Source: Candidatus Babeliales bacterium (GTDB taxonomy: Bacteria; Babelota; Babeliae; Babelales; JANWKD01). Taken from it: a DNA stretch of 64,000 nucleotides. The position numbers and the translations under genes were made by a program. This document shows positions 1-10,242 of this stretch, one piece after another; within the stretch, counting starts at the first letter, position 1, and every line of letters starts with the position of its first letter. Under the pieces are notes generated by a model, which saw only the letters and a list, made by a program, of their open reading frames with translations, searched no databases and had not been told where the DNA came from. The stretch covers positions 1 through 64,000 of the forward strand of contig CAVRJO010000002.1 of NCBI GenBank assembly GCA_963722255.1, written 5' to 3'.

Positions 1-374
1 GTGGCAAAATTATCCGTCAAACCATGTTCTCGAGCAACTCTAATTAATGTTCCTCTTAAACCACTTTCTAAGGTCTCTGCATTTTTTATACCTAAAGTAG
101 ATAAATCTAAGGCAATAACCCCATGTGGTTGCCAGTGATAATCAGTTTTTTCGATTAATAGACCATCAAAAAGCTCTTTATTGCCCAGTAATATTTCTTT
201 GAGGGTTGAAACAAAAAGCGTCTTACCAAATCTGCGTGGACGAGAAAGAAAAAAACGGCGACCTCCCATAATGAGATCATAAGCGTATTTTGTTTTATCA
301 ATGTATAGATAATTTTGCCGACGTAATTCACTAAATGTACTGAGATCAAGCGGGAGTTTTGAAAGTATTGTCAT
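1..374 (-). CDS. AAA-ATPase-like protein (PF09820 type, usually fused to a PD-(D/E)XK nuclease); 5' part only, runs off the window
   Basis: Own translation from ATG at 374: MTILSKLPLDLSTFSELRRQNYLYIDKTKY...FFLSRPRRFGKTLFVSTL, with the family's YIDKT and SRPRRFGK Walker A motifs; absent from the ORF track because it is incomplete. Confidence 0.9.
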   Translation of the reverse strand, partial: MTILSKLPLDLSTFSELRRQNYLYIDKTKYAYDLIMGGRRFFLSRPRRFGKTLFVSTLKEILLGNKELFDGLLIEKTDYHWQPHGVIALDLSTLGIKNAETLESGLRGTLIRVAREHGLTDNFA

Positions 375-465
375 TATAAAAAACCTCATTATTAATGCAC
401 GAAACTTTATATACTCAAATAATACCAGATATCATATGTATACTATAGCATTTTTAATATACCAC

Positions 466-506
466 AAATAAGAAAGGCTCCTTAAATCAAGGAGCCTTTC
501 TTATTT
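466..506. terminator. Intrinsic terminator after the J-domain gene
   Basis: Perfect inverted repeat AAATAAGAAAGGCTCCTT-aaatc-AAGGAGCCTTTCTTATTT, 14 nt beyond the stop at 521. Confidence 0.85.
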
Positions 507-520
507 AAAATGTTACTGTT

Positions 521-2470
521 TTATGCACCTATAAATGGCGCTGGTGGTAATCCTGGTTTCTTCGCTTCTTCCTTTGGCATAACTTTGCTTTTTACATTTT
601 TATACGCTTCGCGTATCAAATCCGTGTATGGCTCTTTTCCTTCGCCTTCGGGTTTGGTGGTAAAGAATAACTCTTCTTTTTCTTTATTCATATTAAGATC
701 TTTATCTTTAATACGAAGGATTTTGCCTGGGGCAAAGTTAGGAGCAAACAATATTCTTATTAATGCGTACTTATCTAATTTTTCAAATTTCTTAATACGT
801 TCTGCAACTTCATCTTTATATTGTTTTAATTCGTCTTTTCTTTCAGATTTTTCTCCGAACTTTTTAAAACCTGCTCTTATAGTGCTTTCAAGTGTTACAA
901 ATGCATCTGAAAGCTCTTTTAAGAATTTGCCATAAGCCTCTTTTTGTTTTGCAATCTCTTCCGGATTTCCTGTAAATGCGGTTGTCATGAAAGCAGGCAA
1001 TGGGTTTTCTTCATTAATTATGTCTTTATGCCTTTTAATGACTTTTTTAATAGCAGTTAAGCTTGCATTAACTTCTCCTAATGCAGTAGCAACTTCACTT
1101 GTGGTTGGCTTCTTGGCTTCGCCTCGCTTAGCAGGCTCGCCAGGTTTTCCTTTTGAAGCAGGCTTTGCTCCGCCTTTTTTCTTCTTGCCTTCTTCCTTTT
1201 TTTTCTCTTCAGGTTTTTTACCTGTTGGCTTTGCGCCACCGCCACCTTTTCCAGCCGTTGAAACTTTTGATGGTTTTATTGTTTCCTTTTTCTTGGGTAC
1301 TTTAGTTGGTGTATAACCAGCACGGCCTTCACGTTCAGCGCCATATTTTTTTCCTGCTTTCTGTTTTGGCATAGGCATTGCAAATGCACGCGATGTAATT
1401 GGTCTTTTCTTAATGAAAGCATCTTGGGTCTTACGTGCTTCGGCTTCCAACTTTTCCTGTTCTTTTTTAAGTTTTAATGCTTCTGGTTCATGCAGCTGTA
1501 ATATTTTTGTTGCTTGTTCAAGCATTTTTTTAGTGTCGACCGCTTCTGAAACAGCATCCAGTATCTTGTTAAGAATATAAGTAGCTTCTTCTTTTGAGCG
1601 TAAGAGACCATACGCATTATTAACCGATTCAAGACGCGCATTAGCTTTTTCGACTTCTTTTTTTATCTCCTCATCAGTTTTACCATTTTTGATGAGTTGT
1701 AGTTCAAGCGTATCGGGATCAATTATTTTCAATAATTTATCATATGCAGCAACAATTTCATCTTGCGAAGCTGATCGAGAAATATCAAGCACCTCATAAG
1801 GGTTTTCTCCTTCGAGGCTAAATTCTGCTACTGCAAATTGTTCATTCAGTGTTGTCAATGCTTTATAGAGATTTCTTGTAGTATCAATGAGTTCTTTAAA
1901 GTTTGGATCTGCAAGATATTTAAGCATTTTCTCATCGGCTAATCTTGTACAGTAGTATACCAAATCATCAAGACGATATTTAAAGGGAAGAAGATCATTT
2001 GATAAATTAATATCACTTGCAGCTTTTTGCATTATTGCCGGAACAACTTTCGCAATTCCTTTAAAAATATCTTGCGCTGTTTGTGCTTCAGCGGTCGGTT
2101 GTATTACACCCGGTGTTACTTTTCCTTTTTCGGTTGTCTCTTTTGCCGCCTTGTCTTCGTATTCTTGCTGCATCTGAGCTTGTAGCTGAATATAATCAAA
2201 TGGATCAATGCCCAATTCATCAGCTTCTTTAATAATCTCTTCACCTATTGCATTTAAAGCATCAAGAGTTTCTTGGTCAAGACTGTCAATAAACTCTGAA
2301 AGCATTTTCATTTCATCTTCGCTCATTTCAAAGGGAAGTTGGCCCGCTGAAGGCTTATTGGGAGCATTTGTTCCCGAGCTCGGCCCTAAGGCAGGATACA
2401 AAGGACAAAAGAAAAGGGTGCCCGCTATAAATAAGTAGGATGCATAGATAATCATTGATTTATGTAACAT
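521..2470 (-). CDS. Secreted J-domain-like (DnaJ) protein with Lys/Pro-rich linker
   Basis: N-terminal hydrophobic signal; NPYEVLDISRSASQDEIVAAYDKLLKIIDPD...VNNAYGLL matches J-domain helices, with DPD in place of HPD. Confidence 0.7.
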   Translation of the reverse strand: MLHKSMIIYASYLFIAGTLFFCPLYPALGPSSGTNAPNKPSAGQLPFEMSEDEMKMLSEFIDSLDQETLDALNAIGEEIIKEADELGIDPFDYIQLQAQMQQEYEDKAAKETTEKGKVTPGVIQPTAEAQTAQDIFKGIAKVVPAIMQKAASDINLSNDLLPFKYRLDDLVYYCTRLADEKMLKYLADPNFKELIDTTRNLYKALTTLNEQFAVAEFSLEGENPYEVLDISRSASQDEIVAAYDKLLKIIDPDTLELQLIKNGKTDEEIKKEVEKANARLESVNNAYGLLRSKEEATYILNKILDAVSEAVDTKKMLEQATKILQLHEPEALKLKKEQEKLEAEARKTQDAFIKKRPITSRAFAMPMPKQKAGKKYGAEREGRAGYTPTKVPKKKETIKPSKVSTAGKGGGGAKPTGKKPEEKKKEEGKKKKGGAKPASKGKPGEPAKRGEAKKPTTSEVATALGEVNASLTAIKKVIKRHKDIINEENPLPAFMTTAFTGNPEEIAKQKEAYGKFLKELSDAFVTLESTIRAGFKKFGEKSERKDELKQYKDEVAERIKKFEKLDKYALIRILFAPNFAPGKILRIKDKDLNMNKEKEELFFTTKPEGEGKEPYTDLIREAYKNVKSKVMPKEEAKKPGLPPAPFIGA

Positions 2471-2563
2471 AGAGTCCTCATACTTGAGTATGGGTTAAAC
2501 GGCAAAACAAAACATTATTAAATTTCGTAACAATACAATACTAGTAAGTTATATCGTTAGAAT

Positions 2564-2998
2564 ATGAATATTTTACTATTTAGTAAACAAATTAACAACA
2601 ATCATACTATTCATGATGCATTTATTAAGAAGGGATTTTTGCTTATTGAGTTAATGGTTTCTATTACGCTCTTTATATTTTTTATACATCTTTTGAATAA
2701 TTATTTTGCAATGACACGTGATGTATCAGATGATGCTTTAAAACGATATGAAGTTCTTACTGAACTTGAATCTTTTATTACTCAAGCAAAAGATAATCCA
2801 GCTCTTTTGCAAAAAAAAAGCTATGAAAAAAATGGAACTGCTATTGTTTGGACTCAAGAGCCATTTCCGATACAACAAACAGGGTTCTTAAAGACGCTTG
2901 TATCATGTTGTAATTTAGTAACCTTTAAAGCATCGTGGAGAGGAAAGGATAAAAAAAATAATACAATTACGCTTGTAACGGGGATGGTTATGTCATGA
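2564..2998 (+). CDS. Prepilin-type N-terminal cleavage protein (pseudopilin)
   Basis: KKGFLLIELMVSITLF class III signal. Confidence 0.75.
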   Translation: MNILLFSKQINNNHTIHDAFIKKGFLLIELMVSITLFIFFIHLLNNYFAMTRDVSDDALKRYEVLTELESFITQAKDNPALLQKKSYEKNGTAIVWTQEPFPIQQTGFLKTLVSCCNLVTFKASWRGKDKKNNTITLVTGMVMS

Positions 2999-3513
2999 AC
3001 AGCCAGATGGAAAAAAAGTATCGTCATGGTTTTTCTTTGATTGAATTTATGGTCTATTTAATTGCATTTTCCTGCATAATTACCTTAGCATTCCATACAC
3101 TCGTTGTTGTTACTCAAAAAATGCGCTCTTCCAGTAAACAAATTCATACAACTATGCAATTGTTAGTAGCGCTTGATTCTATCTCTTTTGAATTGGCCCA
3201 AGCTCCTCATGAAAAAAATAACTGGCACATGCTTGAAAAAAGTTGTTGTGTTTGGCATTCAAATCTTCATAAAAAAGATATCGGATTTTATCTTACCGAT
3301 AAAAAAGTTGTAAAGACTCGCGGCGTTTATTGCCCACAAACTAAAAAATGGCTTTCTAAAGTTTCAAATATAGTTGCTGAAAATATTGATGACTGTGCAT
3401 TTGAGTATGAATCTACTAAAAATAAATCGATAAGAACGTTGGTTTGTACGCTTTCAACTCAAGGCAGAAATTTTACAAGGACAATTAGTTTAAACAATGG
3501 ATATGCATTATGA
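2995..3513 (+). CDS. Prepilin-type N-terminal cleavage protein (PilW/GspJ-like)
   Basis: RHGFSLIEFMVYLIAF class III signal; ATGA overlap with the upstream gene. Confidence 0.75.
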   Translation: MNSQMEKKYRHGFSLIEFMVYLIAFSCIITLAFHTLVVVTQKMRSSSKQIHTTMQLLVALDSISFELAQAPHEKNNWHMLEKSCCVWHSNLHKKDIGFYLTDKKVVKTRGVYCPQTKKWLSKVSNIVAENIDDCAFEYESTKNKSIRTLVCTLSTQGRNFTRTISLNNGYAL

Positions 3514-3968
3514 ATAAAGAAGGCTCTTGTCTTTTGACGATACTCTTGTTTGTGGCCTTAATTTCATTTTTTTGTTTACATATGTGGAGAACAACTGTTC
3601 TGCTCTTTGATACCACAATGGCCAAACAACAATTTCAACAACACTATTATCTCACACAGGGGTTACTTACATGGGGAATTGATCTTTGTAAAAATAATTT
3701 TGATGCTTTGATCGACTATAACACAGTTCATAAACCGGGTTTTTTTTTAGAGATACCTCGATGGAAGCTTAATGAGACCTACTATACAGGTAATCTCGTA
3801 TGCACAAATATGATTGAAAATAATCTTTATTATATTCAAATCATGGCAAAACTTTTTTATAAAAAAAATATACTTATGCAATTAGCATGCGAAATCCATA
3901 AAGAGTTTGATGCTGAGCAGAATTGTCGTTATAGGATTAGCAAATGGCATTTAGAAAACAAAGCTTAA
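3510..3968 (+). CDS. PilX/GspK-like minor pilin
   Basis: KEGSCLLTILLFVAL start lacking Glu+5, third gene of the pseudopilin trio. Confidence 0.55.
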   Translation: MNKEGSCLLTILLFVALISFFCLHMWRTTVLLFDTTMAKQQFQQHYYLTQGLLTWGIDLCKNNFDALIDYNTVHKPGFFLEIPRWKLNETYYTGNLVCTNMIENNLYYIQIMAKLFYKKNILMQLACEIHKEFDAEQNCRYRISKWHLENKA

Positions 3969-5305
3969 AAAGAACTTTGGTTTGCTTTTCTGCGCTGTTA
4001 GCTGTAGCCGCTTTTTTATTTCCATTCTATTGTGCCGAATGTATATTTATTTTTTTAGTACCGCTTCTGTATCTACTCTTCTCAAACACCTCTTCTATTA
4101 CGTATAAAGATGGATTGTTATGGGGAACTGTTTTCTATCTACTCTTTTTTATTGATATCTATCTTCTTATTCTACATAAGGGCTTTGGACTCATTAAAGT
4201 TGCTGCCATTCTATTTTTATTTACGTACAGTATCTGTATCGTTCTCTGCTGGTTTTTTATTGCACAATTATTATGCTCCTACTGCCCAAAAGAAAATCGA
4301 ATTTCAAAAATCGCTTGTTGGGGATTTGCTACCTATCTTTATGGTGTTTTTATTGAGACTTCATTTTTCTTCATCTTTGGTTCTTGGGAAGGCAATAGCC
4401 TACACCATTTTATTATTCCTTTGGCAATTCGTTACCAATGGATTTATTATATAGGACTTGTTGGCACAAATATCTTTTTTTTCTTTATTATCATGGTAAA
4501 TATTTTTATAACAATAACCCTTGCTCATAAAAAGTATCTATACGCTAGTTTAGTTCTGTTTTTTTGTGCTCTTCTCTTTTATGCTGCAGAATGGCTTCAA
4601 GACAAGAAGCTTACTCAGCAGCCTTGGTTTAATAAGTTTGGGTGCATTGCTCTTCAAACGAGCACAAATAACCCAATTGATGCCGCAGAAAAGATTATGC
4701 ATGCATTTCATGCATTTCAAGAACAGTTCCCGGAGTGTGTCTATATTGTAATGCCTGAATCCTCATTTTCATTTCCTTTAAATATGCAAAAAAAGTATAT
4801 TTCCTTATGGGAAAGTCCTTCTAAAATGGTTTTTATTGGTGCTCATCGTTATGAAAATAATAGTTTATATAATACCTTATATTGTATCTATGATGGGTCG
4901 ATCATTGACTATTATGATAAAATGCATTGCATGTTTTTTACCGAAACTATTCCAACGTTATGGTCATCTATTCCAGGAGCAGACACACTTTTTTTGTCAA
5001 ATAAACAACCGTTTGTAGCTGGCACAACAAAAAAATCATTGGAAATTCCCGCTATAGGGTGTATAAAGCCTCTTATTTGCTCAGATCTTTTTTTTAATTA
5101 TGCAAAACTAGAATCAGACCAGATTTATTTGTGTATTGTGAATGACTCTTGGTTTGCCCATGGGTATATCCCTAATCTTATGTTTTTGCATGCAAAAGTC
5201 GTTGCTTCACTAAAGAATAGTATCATCATATATTGTGCATATAGGCACTGCGTACTTATTACAGCTCAGGGCAATTGCCTTTCTTTACCTACTTTCAGCC
5301 TCTAA
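3944..5305 (+). CDS. lnt: Apolipoprotein N-acyltransferase
   Basis: Multi-TM N-half plus nitrilase domain with triad motifs MPES, YYDK, LICSD and NDSWF. Confidence 0.8.
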   Translation: MAFRKQSLKRTLVCFSALLAVAAFLFPFYCAECIFIFLVPLLYLLFSNTSSITYKDGLLWGTVFYLLFFIDIYLLILHKGFGLIKVAAILFLFTYSICIVLCWFFIAQLLCSYCPKENRISKIACWGFATYLYGVFIETSFFFIFGSWEGNSLHHFIIPLAIRYQWIYYIGLVGTNIFFFFIIMVNIFITITLAHKKYLYASLVLFFCALLFYAAEWLQDKKLTQQPWFNKFGCIALQTSTNNPIDAAEKIMHAFHAFQEQFPECVYIVMPESSFSFPLNMQKKYISLWESPSKMVFIGAHRYENNSLYNTLYCIYDGSIIDYYDKMHCMFFTETIPTLWSSIPGADTLFLSNKQPFVAGTTKKSLEIPAIGCIKPLICSDLFFNYAKLESDQIYLCIVNDSWFAHGYIPNLMFLHAKVVASLKNSIIIYCAYRHCVLITAQGNCLSLPTFSL

Positions 5306-5385
5306 AGTCAGAAAGCTTATTTGCAGGAGGTATTTTTTAGGGTATAATTTGATACATAGCTTTTGTTATTTTAGAAAGGTTTCAT

Positions 5386-5832
5386 ATGAAAGTATATTTA
5401 TTAAAAGATGTTGAAAAAATTGGCTTAGCTGGTGAAATTCTAAAAGTTTCAGATGGCTATGCACAAAATTTTCTGTTCCCCAAAAAACTTGCCGTTCAAA
5501 TTACTCCTAGTAATGAAAAGTTTTATGAAGGCAAAATAAAACTTATTGAAAATCGCAAATCGGTATTGGCATCGGAAACCTCAGTGCTTTCCGAAAAAAT
5601 TAAATCAGAATCCCTTGTAATAAAAAAAAAGACACATGATTCTGGAAAATTGTATGCTTCTATAGGCGCTACTGAAGTTGTTGATCTTTTGGCTCAAAAA
5701 GGTATTTCGGTTGCAAAAAGTCAGGTACATTTTGACAAGACTATTAAGACAACCGGAAATTATGATGTTGTTATTAAGCTTTCATCACGATTACAACCTA
5801 CTGTCAAATTAAAAGTTATGGCAGAAAATTAA
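5386..5832 (+). CDS. rplI: 50S ribosomal protein L9
   Basis: MKVYLLKDVEKIGLAGEILKVSDGYAQNFLFP signature. Confidence 0.97.
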   Translation: MKVYLLKDVEKIGLAGEILKVSDGYAQNFLFPKKLAVQITPSNEKFYEGKIKLIENRKSVLASETSVLSEKIKSESLVIKKKTHDSGKLYASIGATEVVDLLAQKGISVAKSQVHFDKTIKTTGNYDVVIKLSSRLQPTVKLKVMAEN

Positions 5833-5855
5833 TCATAGATCATCAGAGGCGTCAT

Positions 5856-7247
5856 ATGCAAAAAAAGCAAAAAGATTCATATACTGCTTATGTTGAGCGT
5901 CTCAAAGAAGAAAATGTTGAAAAGGTAGTCGGACAACGGCTGCCTTTCAGTGCTCAAGCTGAAAGAGCAGTGTTAAGTGCTTTACTTCTTAATGACGAAG
6001 CTATACATCAAGTTTCTGAAACTTTGATGCCTCATGATTTTTACCAACAAGAACATAAAATTCTTTTTCAATTTCTGCTTGATTTGTCGCATAATTATAA
6101 AAAAATAGATTTAATAACCTTGCAAGATGAGCTTGAAAAGAAAAATCAGCTTGAGACGGTAGGTGGAATAACCTATCTTATGGCTTTGCAAGAAGATATT
6201 CCGTCGGTTGGCTTGTTAATGCAGCATGCGCAGATAATAAAAGAGAAAGCAATTTTGCGCGAACTTATTCATTCTGCCGCTACCATTATCACTAACTGTT
6301 ATGATCAAAATGAGAAAGAAATTGAATCAGTTTTAGATTCAGCTGAAAAAACAATTTTTGAAATTTCAAATAAACGTTCTCAGCAAACATTTGTGCAACT
6401 TAATATCTGGCTAAAAAAAACATTTCAGCATCTATCTGATATAAAAAGCCAAAGCAAGGGCATTACGGGTACTGCAACAGGATTTAAAAAATTGGATCAA
6501 ATGACCTCGGGGTTACAAAAGGGTGATCTTATAGTCCTGGCTGCTCGTCCTTCTATGGGTAAAACGGCTCTTGCACTTAATATTGGACTTACTGCCGCAG
6601 CAAATGGGCAAACAGTTGGTATTTTTTCTTTAGAAATGGCAGCAGAGCAGTTAACCTTGCGATTACTTTCGTCGCAAGCAGGAATAGGGCATCACAATAT
6701 ACGTAACGCTACTATTACTTCAGATGAATGGTTTGAGTTAACGAATGTTGCTGCAAATCTATCTTCTTTAAATCTATTTATTGATGACACGGCTATGGTT
6801 GGCATTATGGATTTGCGTGCAAAAGCCCGTAAATTAAAAGCAGAACAAAAGCTCGATTTTTTGATTGTTGACTATTTGCAGCTTTTGCATTCAACTAAAA
6901 AGCATGAAAATAGACATCAAGAGGTTTCTGAAATTTCGCGTTCATTAAAGGCATTAGCTAAAGAACTTTCAATTCCTATTTTAGCGCTTTCTCAACTATC
7001 ACGTGCCGTTGATAGCCGTGTTGACAAACGGCCTATGCTTTCGGATTTACGAGAATCTGGAGCAATAGAACAAGATGCCGATCTTATTATGTTTTTATAC
7101 CGTGATAGTGTATATAACCAAGATGCCGAGGATCCAGCACTTGCTGAACTAATTGTTGGCAAACAGCGTAATGGTGCTACCGGAACTGTGTATCTTAAGT
7201 TCTTACGAGAAATTACGCGTTTTGAAGATTCTGATTACGATGACTAA
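5856..7247 (+). CDS. dnaB: Replicative DNA helicase
   Basis: AARPSMGKT, IVDYLQL, LSQLSR, SDLRESGAIEQDAD motifs. Confidence 0.98.
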   Translation: MQKKQKDSYTAYVERLKEENVEKVVGQRLPFSAQAERAVLSALLLNDEAIHQVSETLMPHDFYQQEHKILFQFLLDLSHNYKKIDLITLQDELEKKNQLETVGGITYLMALQEDIPSVGLLMQHAQIIKEKAILRELIHSAATIITNCYDQNEKEIESVLDSAEKTIFEISNKRSQQTFVQLNIWLKKTFQHLSDIKSQSKGITGTATGFKKLDQMTSGLQKGDLIVLAARPSMGKTALALNIGLTAAANGQTVGIFSLEMAAEQLTLRLLSSQAGIGHHNIRNATITSDEWFELTNVAANLSSLNLFIDDTAMVGIMDLRAKARKLKAEQKLDFLIVDYLQLLHSTKKHENRHQEVSEISRSLKALAKELSIPILALSQLSRAVDSRVDKRPMLSDLRESGAIEQDADLIMFLYRDSVYNQDAEDPALAELIVGKQRNGATGTVYLKFLREITRFEDSDYDD

Positions 7248-7253
7248 TAAGAA

Positions 7254-9245
7254 TTATGGTTGATTGTAAATCATTTTACCTACCATAAGACCTATGAAAA
7301 GTGCTTGGGTTTTTACGAGATTTATTATGCTAAAGCTTTGTTGGCCAGAAACACAAGAAGCTCCCCAATATCCCAATGCACGTAGCGGGACAAACATTTC
7401 TGAATCTGTTGTAGTTGCAAGTGCATAATAGGCCGCACTGTGTAAACCAAAACGAGTTGCGCCTAAAATGCATTTATGCAATAAAGAAGAACTTTCATTT
7501 ACTTGTGCATAGTTTTGAACTAAACGATCAATACCCTGTAGCGCAAAATTTCCTAGATATCCTAAACATATATTATGTATATCAACTCGGGCTTTTATCC
7601 AATTGCATATTTTTCCTTTAACTGTAATCGAATATAGTAAAAAATTATAATCGGAAGGATAATAGAACGTCGATTTAATTATTTTTTTTGTTTGATTTGG
7701 TAGTTTTTTAAAAGCTTGAGAGCCTAAAATTTCAATAATTCTTTGATTCTTACCGTTTCTTCCGTAATCATTCTCTACTAAAGCCCAATAAAGAAGGGTA
7801 AAGTGTAGTAATTCAGCTCCGTTTGATTTGGTAAAACAAGTAAAATCTTTTGGTATTTTATAAAAATTAATTAAATCATAATTACTGTAGCTTCTAGCAA
7901 AAACTTTTTGATAGAGAGCTTTTGCTATTTTTCCTTTTAATTCAACGGGGAGGCTAGAAACTTCTTTATCAAAAGATTGAATAATTGCATCAATACTTTG
8001 ATTTTTATCTATAAATTTTTGTAATAAATTGGGTATGTGTTGCTCAACAATTTTTTGAGCGCAAAGTGATTTTAGTCGTCCCCGATCACTAGTAACTATT
8101 TTTTTTCTGAAATTAAACTCGGCGCGCAGTTTTGATTGTAATTTATGTGGCAGACGGTTTATTAAATTCTGCTGCCATTTATAGGGAAACGTGTAAAACA
8201 TTGATAATGAAAATAGTTTTTCTAATTCGGTTTCATCTGGAAAAAAATCTAAATTAAATCTATAATATAGTCTATAAAAAAGTAATAATTGTACTTGGCT
8301 AAGCAAATCTAATTGCATATCATTAATGATGGCTTTAGTCACAGATTCTACGTCATCATATACAAATGCTGATCCAAAATGTTTTAAATCATAATAATTT
8401 TCAAATATTCTTAACTGTAATGGTAGTTCCATTTTATTAAGACAATCAAAAAGAGTATTTGCAGTAGTATCTATTGTAGAAATAGTAAGATTGCCATACA
8501 GAGAGGAATTTAATTTATTAATCGTATTATTAAGCAATGACTCATTTCCAAATCTATCTGCTTCTATAATAATTGAAGTAAGATGTTGAATTGAAAATCT
8601 ATCATTAATTTCTATTGGGTTCAGAGATGCATTAAAAGCTTCTTGAGTCATATTAAATTGAATCGCTTCATTTGCTTCATCAGTTTTGAACTCTCCGCAA
8701 TATTCAAATGCTGTATAATTTTTAAGCTGCTCAGGCAAAACCCATGTAACTCCATCGTTTAATTCTATTTTGATGCGACGTTTTCGCTCTTGCAAACAAG
8801 ATAACAATGAATCATAATCCTGTATTTCAAGATTGAGAAATTCTAATGTTTTAATAATTTGCTCAATTGTTGATTCGTGTAAATCATGATCATAAGTGTA
8901 TTGAAGAGTCTTAAGTCTAAGAATCTCAGATAAAAGCCAACTACCTCCTTTATATTGTTGTATAATATCCAATAAGTTTACACAATGTGCAAAACCCTGT
9001 GCCAATATTGTTTCAGGCAAAAAAATAGCCGGAATAGATTCAGATTGTTCGTTCTTTGATATTGAGTCAGAGTAAAGATCCATGAGGGTACGGGAATATT
9101 GTATCCAATCTAATGGCAAAATGTGGGTACCTTGTCGATCATCAGCGCAATAAACAACCACAGATGAATCTTCAGTGGAGAGTTCCATAGCTTGAATATG
9201 CCCAAAGCCTATTAAAAAGCTTAAAAATAGTAATAGTTTTTTCAT
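7254..9245 (-). CDS. Secreted hypothetical protein with Skp1/BTB-like and SOCS-box-like segments
   Basis: Signal peptide + AME; motif resemblance judged by eye only. Confidence 0.55.
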   Translation of the reverse strand: MKKLLLFLSFLIGFGHIQAMELSTEDSSVVVYCADDRQGTHILPLDWIQYSRTLMDLYSDSISKNEQSESIPAIFLPETILAQGFAHCVNLLDIIQQYKGGSWLLSEILRLKTLQYTYDHDLHESTIEQIIKTLEFLNLEIQDYDSLLSCLQERKRRIKIELNDGVTWVLPEQLKNYTAFEYCGEFKTDEANEAIQFNMTQEAFNASLNPIEINDRFSIQHLTSIIIEADRFGNESLLNNTINKLNSSLYGNLTISTIDTTANTLFDCLNKMELPLQLRIFENYYDLKHFGSAFVYDDVESVTKAIINDMQLDLLSQVQLLLFYRLYYRFNLDFFPDETELEKLFSLSMFYTFPYKWQQNLINRLPHKLQSKLRAEFNFRKKIVTSDRGRLKSLCAQKIVEQHIPNLLQKFIDKNQSIDAIIQSFDKEVSSLPVELKGKIAKALYQKVFARSYSNYDLINFYKIPKDFTCFTKSNGAELLHFTLLYWALVENDYGRNGKNQRIIEILGSQAFKKLPNQTKKIIKSTFYYPSDYNFLLYSITVKGKICNWIKARVDIHNICLGYLGNFALQGIDRLVQNYAQVNESSSLLHKCILGATRFGLHSAAYYALATTTDSEMFVPLRALGYWGASCVSGQQSFSIINLVKTQALFIGLMVGKMIYNQP

Positions 9246-9374
9246 TTAATATGCCTTTTATTACAAAATAAACAATATTATATTTACTAATATAAATTAT
9301 TTTTTAAAAAAGTCAATTTTTTTACTCAAAAACATTGTTGGCTTTTTAGGTGTTTTTTACTGTTTTTTTGATTT

Positions 9375-10163
9375 TTAGTTGGTTAAACTCATAACTTTTT
9401 GCTCAAAATTACTCATTTCATTGTTTGGAGGCATTTTTTGCATATATTCAGCGGTGCTCTTTCTAAATTGATCATCTTTTTCGATGATTCTATATAATTG
9501 ATCCTGAGTCACATTGGAGGGTAATGCCACCCATACTGCAGCATCGGCATTTTGTTTAATGGTAAATGTTACCAGCTGTTGCAACTGTTGAATCGAAAGC
9601 TGTTGTCTTCTATTAACAGCTCTTAGGGCAACCCAGTTCTTGAATCCCGGAATCCATTTTTCATTATTTCCTTTTTTATAAGCATTATCAACTTTTTTTA
9701 TGTAAAAAATATGCGTTACCTCATATTCTTGGGTTATTTTATTTAGGGGTGCTCCTTCTCGTGCTGCTAGATTATTACGCGCTTCACTAAGGGAGCTCAT
9801 TTTTGAAGTAGCAAACCATAAAGGTTTATTTTCTTTTGATAATCTATCAATGGTAACCGTTGCTCTACGATGCGGAAAATTGTTCCATTTTTTTTTGTTT
9901 GTATGCAGAAGGTAGGGCGGTAACCCAGCAATAAACGTAAAACTTACCGGTAATTTTATTGGAGATTTTGCAAAAGGTGTCGCATGCAGCAAAGCACCTG
10001 TCTTTTTATTATCTTTTTGCTTAACAAGACTTCCGTATGAAAAGATTAAAATTTTTTGTTGCGATAGATTTTTATCAGGAGGTCTATTAGTTACTTTATA
10101 AGCAGATGTTTCGTAAGTATAAAAAAGAATAATAATGCTAAAAGCATGTATAAATTTTATCAT
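9375..10163 (-). CDS. Secreted gamma-glutamylcyclotransferase (ChaC/GGCT)-like protein
   Basis: IFSYGSLV motif; likely start MIKFIH at 10163 gives a signal peptide and removes the ruvC overlap. Confidence 0.5.
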   Translation of the reverse strand: MIKFIHAFSIIILFYTYETSAYKVTNRPPDKNLSQQKILIFSYGSLVKQKDNKKTGALLHATPFAKSPIKLPVSFTFIAGLPPYLLHTNKKKWNNFPHRRATVTIDRLSKENKPLWFATSKMSSLSEARNNLAAREGAPLNKITQEYEVTHIFYIKKVDNAYKKGNNEKWIPGFKNWVALRAVNRRQQLSIQQLQQLVTFTIKQNADAAVWVALPSNVTQDQLYRIIEKDDQFRKSTAEYMQKMPPNNEMSNFEQKVMSLTN

Positions 10164-10242
10164 CTTAGGTAAACTTTCTCTAGTAACAAAGAAGGTAATA
10201 TAACAATAGCGTAACAAGAAGATAGTATGAAAGAAAATGCTC

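Noticed and set aside
155..349. 64-aa ORF in the track
   Set aside because: Alternate frame overlapping the real partial AAA-ATPase gene
2441..2470. ATAA-N8-TTATGTAACAT dif-like string
   Set aside because: Lies within the first codons of a CDS, with a poor XerC arm; likely chance
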